This document shows, in pieces, positions 49,501-59,520 of a stretch of 64,000 bases of DNA. Each line of letters starts with the position of its first letter. The first letter of the stretch is position 1. The DNA is from Phoronis australis (taxonomy: Eukaryota > Animalia > Phoronida): NCBI GenBank assembly GCA_002633005.1, contig NMRA01000048.1:62001-126000 (forward strand). The letters run 5' to 3'. A program made the translations under genes and the position numbers. Under the pieces are notes generated by a model, which was not told the DNA's origin, made no database searches, and worked only from the letters and a program-made list of their open reading frames with translations.

Positions 49501-52500
49501 TCACATGACTTGCCGTATAACTGAAATCCGCACGTGGATAGGAAATGCACGAGTCCACGCTTTCGTCTGCTGTCTTAATCAGGGTAGAGTAAACAAACCA
49601 ATTCCACGTACAATTCGCTCTCTTGGTTTCAATTTTGACCGCCCGCTACAATGTGGATGCATCCGAACGTATTTGTCGCTTCCAAATATACACCCGGACA
49701 TAATTTGGATTTGACTTTTGGTTACTGAACCAATATTTTCCTAATAAACGCCAGGACTTATCTACAGAAACCTCTTGTACATGTGTTTTTTTCGTTATGC
49801 CAACTGTCTTTTTATATTTTCGTTTCAGACTGCAAGAGCAACAGTTGCAATAAAAATTGTAGATGTAAACGATAACAGTCCACGATTGCTCAACTCCGTC
49901 ATACAAAGTATTACTGTACGTCGCGATGAGATAGGTAGCTCCGCCATAGCCAAAATAACCACCGAAGATCAAGACGAAAATTCACCAGTAGCGTTTACTC
50001 TGATGACACACACGAAGTAAGTCGTGATTACACGTAAAGAACTGGGGCCCGTTCCAAGAAAACTGTCTTAGCTAAGACAAATCTTAAACTTAAGTCAATT
50101 TTAAGACAAATCTTAAGTTTGTCTTAAGTCCGTTCCAAGAAAGTGATCTTAAGTTCGTCTTAAATTTTTGACTTACCGGATGTGGAAGTTTCAAAGCTTG
50201 GAGGAGGAGAAAGAAGCGCTTTTGCAGCAGACGACATGGACAAAAGGAAGCCGAACTTTTCGGGTGCGGAGCTATCTCGCTTGGTTGCTGGTGTGGCCGA
50301 GCACAATGACGTTTTATCTTCCAAATTTTCATCCTCTGTCACACAAAGCTCCAAGCGAGATGCTTTGCTTCATATAGCGTCAAGGTTAGTGTATTAAACT
50401 CACTCATCAAGACCTCGGCCACGGGCCCGTTCTTGCCTTTGGCATTGTCACCACGATATTATACACACCGAGGACCTAAAGTCGTGAACGTAAGCACTAA
50501 GCCGGTTTGTTGGCGTACCTACCGATTCTCTTCAGAACTGACTATGTGATGTTGTAAACATGATTAAATCCTCACAAATACTCTACTGTACTCACATTTA
50601 AAACTCGTTTTCAATCCATAGGCAGAGTTTTTGCAAGACATATGAAAACGTCAGCCATTTTCTTCGAGGCCCTAAAGTCGTGACCGTGTCGCCCTCTTTC
50701 TTTTAGACGGGAAAACAGAATAAGGCCAACCAAAATTGTGATTTTTGTAAACAAGTTTAGCTAAGAAAAAAGACCGTTTGCAGTTGTTAATAATCAAGTT
50801 TTAATTAGACCAGCTAGTTAACATGAAATAACAAACAATAAAATTTTTCATGGTCAATCTCTTTTAAATACAATAAATAAATATTTAAAATATTTAATAA
50901 ATAAAATATGAAATGTTTAAGTGAGATTTAAATTTAAAATTACAGCAATCATTAAATTAAACTGATTAAGTTTTCAACGTGTTAGGCACAGCCAATCCTT
51001 GTTATCACTTTCTACTCTTCTTGGAGCTGGCTTTGACGGCATGGCACGTTATGACAGGGGCAGAAAAATCTGTCGTGTCGCCTTAGTGCTGTCACATCAC
51101 AGCAAAACCTTAGGTGAGTCCAGTGACTGCAGTCTTGGAATTCACATTTTCCCCAATTCACAATCACCAGAGATGCACATTGGCGTAGTTGAGGTGGTGA
51201 CCACTTGTGACAGACACAGCAACTGTCCTCATCTCCCCCATCCGAGTCCTCAGTGCTGTCACTTTCAAAATGTGAAGCGTGTAATGGCTTTAATCCTGAT
51301 GGACCTGGTTCATTATCATTTCCTGGTTTCTGAACTTGATTTTTGTTGATGTTATTCTTTCCACATGCCTTCGACTCTTTTACCACCTGTTTCTTTTTTG
51401 TCAATTGTGCCTTTTTTGCCACCTGTGCCTTTTGTGTTGCCTTCGTTGTGTTCTTTTTCTTTTTCAGAGTTTCTACATCCTCTGTCAGCACCTTACAAGA
51501 CAAATTAGCAGAACTGCTTAAGCGGACTTGTTCACTTGGCATCGGTCTCTTCGCTTCTGTACACCTCTGCAACCGTTTACTAAAAAATTCATTTTCTACC
51601 TCACTTCCACCAGCAGTCATCAAAAATGCTTTGGATGGAGTGATCATTTCAGGGGGGACAACGGTGTTGTCAAACGGGTATACTCCGGACTTTCGGAAAG
51701 CCGATTGCAGATTTTCCGGAGACAGCGCTTTTACGTAGGCTTTGCTTGCCAGGGAACAAAGATCAAAGCGAGTAATTCCAGCCCTTGTACCTTTCATCGC
51801 TTTGTGGCACAAATTGCCATACACTGCTTCCAGTGGTCCATAACACCCAACATCAAGTGGTTGTAGTATGTGTGATGTGTGGGCTGGCAGAGTTAGAATT
51901 GCAATGTTGTGGTTCTTCGCCCATTCTACTACAGTTATATCTGTGTGTGACTTGTGGCCATCTAGTAACAGTAGAACGGGCTCCTGAAGGCCACCTGGGA
52001 CAAACTTTGCAAAGTGATCTTGTAGCCACTTGAGGAAAACTTCTGAGTTTGACCATCCACTGTCTGTGACTGTTCCACTTGCCCCTGGAGAAGAATCTTT
52101 CAGTAGATCCGAGTTGAATCTTTTGCCCTTAAAGACAAAGAACGGGGGCATCGCCTGTCCAGCTGCACTGCCACATCCCAATATTGTTGTGGTCACGGAT
52201 ATGCCTGATGTGACCACTTGAGTGGCACACTTCATTCTGCTGCAGGCGACAATGTGTGGAGGCTTGTAATCTGTCGTCACACCCTTTTCATCCATATTAA
52301 ATACTCTATGTGGCTTGTCTTCCAAACCATACTTCATCAAAGCAGAATGCAGCACTTCAAAATATTTGTCAATATTCGCTTGACTTGTAGACTTTGCTCT
52401 CGCATACTCTAAACCCTTTGCTTTGAAAACTCTCACCTCTGGCCAGCGCTTGACAAACCCTCTAAACCACTTAATTGAAAGGGACTCTCCTGGCTTTCTT

Positions 52501-55500
52501 ATTCCTTGCTGAATGGACCACTCCGTTACCATGGTTACGACTTCTTGCCTTGTATAACCATACCCAAGACTCGCCATTTCTTTTATATGTTTTACAATTA
52601 AGGATTCCTGATGCACATCGAAGATTGGAGACACACCCATTGTGACGCATTCAGGTTCTATCCTCCCACTTACTCGGTCTCTCAACGTTTGGTAAGGAAC
52701 ATGGTATTGTGCAGCTGCTGAGTTAATGGACATGCCACCCTCACGTACTTTATCGTATGCCTCAAGTAGACTGCCTAGGTCATACTTTCTCAGCTTTCTG
52801 TGTTGTTTTTTTACTGGCTTCTGTAATAAATAAATGTTTTTGTAAACTGTTTCATTGTTATTATGTGCTCCTGTTTGCTTACATTTTTTCATGTTTCTAC
52901 ATCAAGGGGTAAAAAATACATAATAAAAATGCTCACAAAATTTGTGTAAAAGTGTACATAATTATTATGTTTCGGATAGCTCAAATATGTAGAGTGACGT
53001 CAGCGCACTTTAAACAACGCTAAGGACCCAGCATAAAGTATCTGTAAGTGCTGAGTTCCTCTGGCCTTACAAATTGTGGTCGACCCTGGGACATTTTGAT
53101 ACATTGTTTAAACAACCCCTAGATTGCGTTTTATGTGAAATCTGAACGATTGTTGGTTTCGAATACATGTTTTGAAAATGCGCAAAAAACTGCATTAGTA
53201 AAATATGCTGTTTTAAGTATTATTTTTGAAAACAAACTCTCAACTCACAGTTTTGTTTCGCATTATGAAGAGCTACGTGTCCCGATACTCTTTTGACAAT
53301 CGTAAGCAGACGAACGCTGGAAACAGGAACGCTAGATGTCACGTGACCTTGCAGAAGCGGAAACGAGATGATTCACGACTTTAGGGCATTGCCGACTTTA
53401 GGGCCTCCGACGGTATTTGGTGCTAGAAAATAGCTCACTTCGCAACAAAAATACCTCTCACATATATTCTGATGACAGCGATGCGTTATGTCTATGAACC
53501 AGTGCAGACGACGACCAAATGAAAGCTCGTGCAATCTGATTGCATTTTAAGTATCTTTTTTGCCTTCCAAAGTATCTCTTTGCCTTTCTTACTTGACAAA
53601 TGCGCGTGAGCTGTCTGGTTAGTTTTAGCCATAGTATTATCACTGGACTATTTCATATATGCCATAGCTTGATTTTAATTCAAAGACAAATGAAAAAATA
53701 AATCAGTGGAGAAATTATGGATATTTTTTCCTGTCTTCAATTTTTATATACCAAATTCGCCCTATGAGAGCCCCCCTTCACGCGTTTCCAGACTTCGCCA
53801 AAATAAGCACCCAGCCCATGCGTGTTCATGTGAAAAATGCCTTACCTACAGTTCTAAAACTCTACAGTCTCGTCTTCAATTCATCAATAAGATCCGACAG
53901 TCCTAAAAAAATCATTGTGCGCGGAATTCACAGACCACGAGCCTCGCCACTATGTTGGTATTTAGCCGTGACTATACACTTCAAACTTCTGCCGTGCTTC
54001 ATGAAGAACCCATAAGTTGGGCTGGTCTTGCGAGGAACGTGTTCCGGATTATGCCGGTGGTGGCCTTTCAGAACAGGCACAGCATACTCGTCAAAGGGAT
54101 TGTATTGCATCTTTCAAGTACAGATCTACTCCCTCAACAGGAGTCCAAATTTCTGTGTGCACGTGAAAACCGCATCTCTGATTATGCCTCTCGAGAATTT
54201 TTCTTCAAGGCCACAATTTGCCCACATGAACGAGTCATGTGTGGAGCCTGGCCATTTTGCCACTATGTCTGTAAATCTGAAAAATTCATGTCAAAAAATC
54301 ACACACATATTTGCCACTGTCATTTGTAAATAAGATGCCATTAAGTGGACTACACACAATTTTAAAAATGTGAAGTCTTGCATCGAAGAACCAACTTTCA
54401 CGATTGAACTTGAAAATGCAATGTCATTCGAGACATTTTCATTTAAAGTGCAATTCATCCCACATTCCATGCCAAAATACAAGTTATGTATTTGCGGCGT
54501 ATGCCCCTTTTTAAATTAGTAGGTAGTTTTTGGGCTTCAGAAAAGCAGGCTTTGCATGTTACATGTTATCACAAGGAACTACATGTATGAATTCACAGTG
54601 GCCACATTTTCTCAACTAAAGAATTTGGGATAGCGCACCTTTAAATTTTTCATCCAAGAAATGTCAGATAGTACCTCTTTAATACACCATGGTGTGACAG
54701 CGTGTGCGACAGAAGTCAGTAATACATTGTATCCAAAGACAATAACAGAGACTGCTTGGTCGCGCGTGAGGTCAATCAAACAGCTTAAGTTTATAATTAC
54801 GCTGTGGACTGAACGGTTCACATAGTGTCGAGTAGTAGCCTACACTGTTATTTAAGACGACTCCGTTGTTCTAGCAAGGACATTAACTTGGGATACTTAC
54901 CTTAAAAAGGGGTCTGCAACCACTTGAACGTTTATGGCATGGAAGCCTTTTCTGCAAACAAATGTTTGCTCATCATGCTCTGGTGCTCTAATCGGTACTA
55001 GTGACCCATCTACGCATCCCACAACACGGGGAAAGCCAGCGACTTGATGGAATTGCCGCTGGTACAGATCGGTGTTGTCGATCAAGTTGGGGAGCGACAA
55101 GTCGGGTGAATTGTTGATGGCATTTGTTACTTTTGTGATCGTTCTTGAAACGGTCGACTTAGTCACCCCTTGGCTATCACCTACGACCGTTTGAAAGCTT
55201 CCAGTGGCGTAGAACCGCAACGCAACTGAGACTTGCTGCTCAGTTGTAAGTGAATATCCTCTGCGAGTTTCTGGCTCGAGGTCGTCTTTTAAAAAAGAGC
55301 ATAATAAGTCAACTGCATCCTTGTTCATCCGGTACCGGTCAACATACGAGTCGTATTGAAGACGCTCTCGATAAACTCTGCCTAGGTTTTCATTTCTTCG
55401 CTGACGAATGTGGAATACGGCCATTTTGACAAACTTAAGATCGAGTTAAGACAAGGTGAGAGTTGACTTAAAGTTAAGACAAAAACTTAAGTCAGTCTTA

Positions 55501-57941
55501 GCTAAGATTGTTTCTTGGAACGCAAAATAATCTTAGGATTTGTCTTAAGTCAAAAACTTAAGAAAAGTCTTAAACTTAAGTCACAAATGAACTTAAGTCA
55601 GTTTCTTGGAACGGGCCCCTGGATTAACATTTAAGGGACTATTTTTGATTTTCACGCGTGTACTTGTTATACCGACAGCAGCCTCCCTACACCTCTCTCA
55701 AGTCGTTTTTGAGCAGCGATAATGTAGAGGTAGGATCTAACAAAAATGACTGATCTCACAGTAGATATCTGTTACATTCCAAATCGTACCCAGAAATCTT
55801 CATTGCCAATGGATTTCTGACGAGGCTTTCTTAACTTACTTCTAACTGCTACGTCACCAGTAATAGTTGTTTTCCTTCAGAGCTTATGTGTCCGTTTTTT
55901 GTTTCAAGACCGAACAGTCATTAATTACACCGGTGTTACGACAAAAAAGCTCATTTTGGAATTCTTGTTGGATGGGGTATTAGCTTTTACTAATGTAAAC
56001 TACGCACGCAAATTGATTTACCCCGCAAATAATTACTTCATGCCGTTCAAGTTTACTTCACGCCGCAAAGAATTACTTAGTACGCCGTTAAAAGTTATTT
56101 TAAGCCACAAATAATTAGCAAAAATTACGTGCGTAGCGTTCACCCATTTGACTAAAGAGAAGATTGCCTATGCCACGTAACTGTTGTCTAAACATTTTGA
56201 GGTTAATAAAGAAAACGTAAACAAACTTTCATGTGTAGATGTGTTTCGTTGTACTGATATGATTTGCTTTTTGTTTTATCTTCTAGACTTTTCTCTATTG
56301 ATTCTAAGACTGGCGACATCACAATAGATTCAAAGCCATCTTCACTACACAAAAATACGTACACGTTAGCCATCGCGGCGCAAGACAGTGGTTCCCATCC
56401 ACGGAGCTCGTACGCCATTGTCAACGTGAATTTCTCACCCTTGAAAGCGTGTAAAAAGGTAAAAACCTTGAAGTATATCGGGGCGTTACTAAATGTATTC
56501 GTACATGTATATCCTGTATTCAACAACCGATTCTTGGCGTTTGATTTTTTCTTTTCGAGGTGACTTGGCAGTATTTTTCTGAGATAGTCACAGAACACGA
56601 ATTGTGGACTACATGCGGTTTAGTCTGTTGTCAAGTAATAGTTGTTAGTCAGAATGGCATTTCTGAATTTCCAGTCAATGAGAGTGACCGAATGACACCA
56701 ACCAATGTTCTAAGCCATGCTTCTTCACTCTTTTAACCAATGAGAAACAAGATTAACAACCCTTTCGAAGATTCTATAGGTCATCATAGACGTGCTTGTG
56801 GAGATGGTGTTGGTTGTAATATTATTGACCTTCCTACTGGGGTCTGTGTACTAAGAATGGAATACTTACAGGACGTCCATAAATACGACCTTTCCCTTAT
56901 GGAGAATGCTCCTGTTGGCACAGAACTAATTAAAGTCAAAACATCAGATCAGGTAAAGGAATTGCATTTGTTTAACAAATTGTCGCTCATTGCCCTAACT
57001 AGGGTTGCACATTGGTACTGGGGTACCGTTTCATATCGGTGCTGAATAATTTTAAGAATATCCACAAAACACAAGTTCTTCAACACAGCTTAATTAATTT
57101 AGTCTCCTTAGTGGGTGATATTCAATTTTCAGAACGCAAGGTGTGTCCAGCGGTAACCTGCGAATCTCATGTTTACAAATAAGCCCTGGTTGGTTGCGAC
57201 CTCCAAAGCCTGTGAGCTGTTTGACCACGGAGGCCATATCTACGGAATACTTTAAAAAAATCAGTCACAATTTTTTACAAAACTTACAGATTACGAAGGC
57301 AGTTATACGTCACAATTTAATCCGTTGTGTGTACATGTTAGTGTAGTTTCGTCATATAGGGGACTACACAGGTATAGAGTAAGATAGTTGTATTGCTTAG
57401 TTATGACTACATTTTAGTAGCTGAACACACATGAACCATTGAAACGGTTACAAACACTCGTGTCGTTCAATGAACCTACCGTTGTAAAAGCGGCCTCAAC
57501 TTATCCCCTGGATCAACTGAGAAAGGATTTAGGAGGTTGCCTTATTCGCTGAGACCATGCTCGGCGTTTAAAATGACACGCCGTGGCAATTAAGTCAACT
57601 TGTAGAGCACGGTTTCAAGCAATGAAGAACTGACAATTTTTTCGAAGTCCTGGAATCATCCCCAATTTGACTAGGAATAATTTGAGACCTATTTCATAAC
57701 GGCAAATTGTCTGAAACTGTTTTTTTTCTGTGATGGAAGGCGGCCTCTTTATTTTTTACAAAACGACATCGATATTGAAAGAAGTCCCGATGTGAACCAG
57801 TCGGGCATTTGTATATGTACATGTACGGCCCAATCTACTTTCAACCACAACTTAACTTATTCCATCTTTTATTTAGGGAAAAGATTTTAAATACTCTCTG
57901 CAGGATTCGTTCGATTCCACATTCCACATTGACGAAAGCGA
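43584..57941 (+). CDS. Cadherin-repeat protein with putative signal peptide, 3'-partial. Exons: 43584-43641, 45320-45372 (tentative), 46208-46378, 47839-47897, 49319-49403, 49829-50016, 56287-56458, 56872-56952, 57877-57941
   Basis: Phase-consistent GT-AG exons give MALRTFHLVICCLIATNVK...FEQSLYLLKVMEDAPQGTEI...YSI...GILLTKGSFDRESVPEYKFAVEA...ATVAIKIVDVNDNSP...EDQDEN...FSIDSKTGDITI...YTLAIAAQDSGSHPRSS...MENAPVGTELIKV...YSL...FHID, i.e. two complete cadherin repeats and part of a third. Confidence 0.85.
46791..47054. repeat. GC-rich short hAT-type MITE fragments
   Basis: CAGGGGCTGATCCAGGATTTT...CCCCTGGATGCGCGC and CCCCTAAATCCGCCACTG. A related end CAGTGGCGGATCTAGG is at about 63031-63227. Confidence 0.45.
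47488..47760. mobile_element. Harbinger-derived MITE
   Basis: Ends GGGTCTGTGCCATAAAAAGTGA and TCAGTTTCCATGAAACAGACCC, flanked by CTG/CGG, with CTTAAG subterminal motifs like the large Harbinger. A more decayed relative is at about 17223-17390. Confidence 0.6.
50236..50383 (+). pseudogene. Harbinger Myb/SANT-like DNA-binding protein, first exon only
   Basis: MDKRKPNFSGAELSRLVAGVAEHNDVLSSKFSSSVTQSSKRDALLHIASR followed by donor GTTAGT. The expected Trp is Leu (TTG), and I found no continuation exon. Confidence 0.75.
50464..53413 (-). mobile_element. pogo-superfamily (DD35D, Fot-like) transposon nested in the Harbinger
   Basis: TA on both sides (50462-63, 53414-15). Imperfect TIRs CACACCGAGGACCTAAAGTCG vs CCGTCGGAGGCCCTAAAGTCG, with extra internal CCCTAAAGTCGTGA copies near 50670 and 53375. 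Confidence 0.85.
51012..52892 (-). CDS. pogo/Fot-like transposase: psq-type HTH, CENP-B-type HTH, DDE_1 (DD35D), C-terminal PHD-like finger
   Basis: Uninterrupted 626-aa ORF with SINSAAAQYHVPYQTLRDRV, KWFRGFVKRWP, FNMDEKG, LLLDGH-35 aa-QPLD and C-terminal CCVC...WGKCEFQDCSHWTHLRFC...FFCPCH. The true start may be a micro-exon MRNKT (53249-53263, donor GTGAGT) spliced in frame to 52820. Confidence 0.93.
   Translation of the reverse strand: MKKCKQTGAHNNNETVYKNIYLLQKPVKKQHRKLRKYDLGSLLEAYDKVREGGMSINSAAAQYHVPYQTLRDRVSGRIEPECVTMGVSPIFDVHQESLIVKHIKEMASLGYGYTRQEVVTMVTEWSIQQGIRKPGESLSIKWFRGFVKRWPEVRVFKAKGLEYARAKSTSQANIDKYFEVLHSALMKYGLEDKPHRVFNMDEKGVTTDYKPPHIVACSRMKCATQVVTSGISVTTTILGCGSAAGQAMPPFFVFKGKRFNSDLLKDSSPGASGTVTDSGWSNSEVFLKWLQDHFAKFVPGGLQEPVLLLLDGHKSHTDITVVEWAKNHNIAILTLPAHTSHILQPLDVGCYGPLEAVYGNLCHKAMKGTRAGITRFDLCSLASKAYVKALSPENLQSAFRKSGVYPFDNTVVPPEMITPSKAFLMTAGGSEVENEFFSKRLQRCTEAKRPMPSEQVRLSSSANLSCKVLTEDVETLKKKKNTTKATQKAQVAKKAQLTKKKQVVKESKACGKNNINKNQVQKPGNDNEPGPSGLKPLHASHFESDSTEDSDGGDEDSCCVCHKWSPPQLRQCASLVIVNWGKCEFQDCSHWTHLRFCCDVTALRRHDRFFCPCHNVPCRQSQLQEE
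54175..55424 (-). pseudogene. HARBI1-like Harbinger transposase, C-terminally truncated. Exons 54901-55424 and about 54175-54276
   Basis: ALRFYATGSFQTVVGDSQGVTKSTVSR...AGFPRVVGCVDGSLVPIRAP...CRKGFHAINVQVVADPFLR|FTDIVAKWPGSTHDSFMW. Similarity stops after RGIIRD; the GDSGY and ERxFGxLK motifs are not found. Confidence 0.88.
57597..57742 (+). repeat. Dispersed repeat
   Basis: AATCA(C/T)C(T/C)CCAA(T/C)TTGACT...TTTGAGA...ATTTCA is shared with about 61475-61605 and about 43097-43145. Confidence 0.5.
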
Positions 57942-59119
57942 GTAAGTATGATGCAAAATCAGCAGAACCTGGTTAGGCCAAAATCAGTGGTTGCGGCCTT
58001 GTGCTTTGAAAGTTGGTGAGGTAATGTGACTGCATTTCTATTCCTATTTGTGGGTCCAAATGGCGTCAAAACATTGATTATTACGTCACCACTTAAAACA
58101 CCAATGCACGCTTCACGTGTGACGTTACCTTATTTATGACGTTTTTATGATCATTTCAAAAATGGCAATGGAAGTAGTGGTAACAGTGAGTGATCTAAAA
58201 AGAAACATTTGAGGGTAATGTTGGCGATCGGTCAGAATATAAGGCTCACACAACTGAGACTGGTGAAGGGGATGGAATCCAGCTTGAGGAAGCGTGTGGT
58301 GTCAATGATTGTCACGTCGACCAGAATGGAGACAAAACGGGTGACAGAGAAAAATCTTGTTGGGAATTGGCTTCACCAGAGAGTTGTTGATTTAGTAAAG
58401 GCGTTTGAGGCTAAAGGCGGTATTATTGTCCAAGGCAATTCTGGTACAACTGATCCCGGTAAGGAGTGTGAGATAGAGGACCAGTGCGGAAGAACGAGAT
58501 GAAATGGAGATGAATTCAAGTCTTGGAAGGCGAGAGATACTCGTGATTCTCACATCGAGCAGTATGATGATGATGAGGAGTGTAATCTGGCAGATTTCTA
58601 CCGTCAGGTTTTGGACTCGTATGTTGTAATTGGGCAGGAGTACGAAGTTACGATGGTGGCTTGAGCGAGGGCAAACGTGAGGACCTTAGGTATTACGAGT
58701 CTAATGGTCGATGCAGTGGTGTTCTTGTCAAGACATTTAATACGCTTACTACCCACGAATTAGAGTACGTAGTACAGTTTTGTTATGAAACTGAGTTGGT
58801 CCTGTACAGATTAAAAAGTTGGATCTGACAGTCGGACACAGGGTGGAGCATACATTTGCAGAGAGCTGGTATGAACAGTAGCTAGAAGCAGGTTGGCGCG
58901 GTACATGGTAAAGAAATGCCATTCGACCGATCACATCGAAGGCAATTTTGAGGTCACGAAATATTATACATTTCCTAGGCTTCAAATCACATACGAGGTT
59001 AGCAACAGTGGCGCAGACGTTGACTATGTGTTGATTTTCAGATCGAAATTTAATGCAGCACGTGTCCAGACGGTTGAAGAGGAATCCTCTTTGCCCTCTT
59101 TTAGAGTTTCTTGTCCAAC

Positions 59120-59520
59120 ATCATGGCCACCACCACAAATGACTACTTCTTCCTCATGACCCCGACACAAATGACTACTTCTTCCTTGTGGCCATCGTCA
59201 CAAATAACTACTTCTTCCTTGTGGCCACCGTCACAAATGGCTACTTCTTCNNNNNNNNNNNNNNNNNNNNNNNNNNNNNNNNNNNNNNNNNNNNNNNNNN
59301 NNNNNNNNNNNNNNNNNNNNNNNNNNNNNNNNNNNNNNNNNNNNNNNNNNNNNNNNNNNNNNNNNNNNNNNNNNNNNNNNTCACAAATGACTACTCCTTC
59401 CTCGTGGCCACCGTCACAATTGACTACTTCTTCCTCGTGGCCACCGTCACAAATGACTACTTCCTCCTCATGGCCACCGTCACAAATGACTACTTCTTCC
59501 TCTTGGCCCCCGTCACAAAC
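59120..59520. repeat. 33-bp minisatellite spanning an assembly gap (N 59251-59380)
   Basis: Unit TCACAAATGACTACTTCTTCCTCGTGGCCACCG occurs on both sides of the gap, so the copy number is unresolved. Confidence 0.92.

Larger units (their letters stand above)
50045..55618. mobile_element. PIF/Harbinger DNA transposon, defective, inside a cadherin intron
   Basis: Perfect 17-bp TIR GGGCCCGTTCCAAGAAA and 3-bp TSD CTG (50042-50044, 55619-55621). CTTAAG-rich subterminal arrays, with convergent Myb/SANT-like and HARBI1-like genes. Confidence 0.93.

Noticed and set aside
50999-52412. Several plus-strand ORFs opposite the pogo transposase
   Set aside because: They are antisense or alternate-frame shadows of the long ORF.
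58209-58320. SERTA-like motif (ESSLRKRVV)
   Set aside because: Only a few residues match and the conserved Asn is missing.
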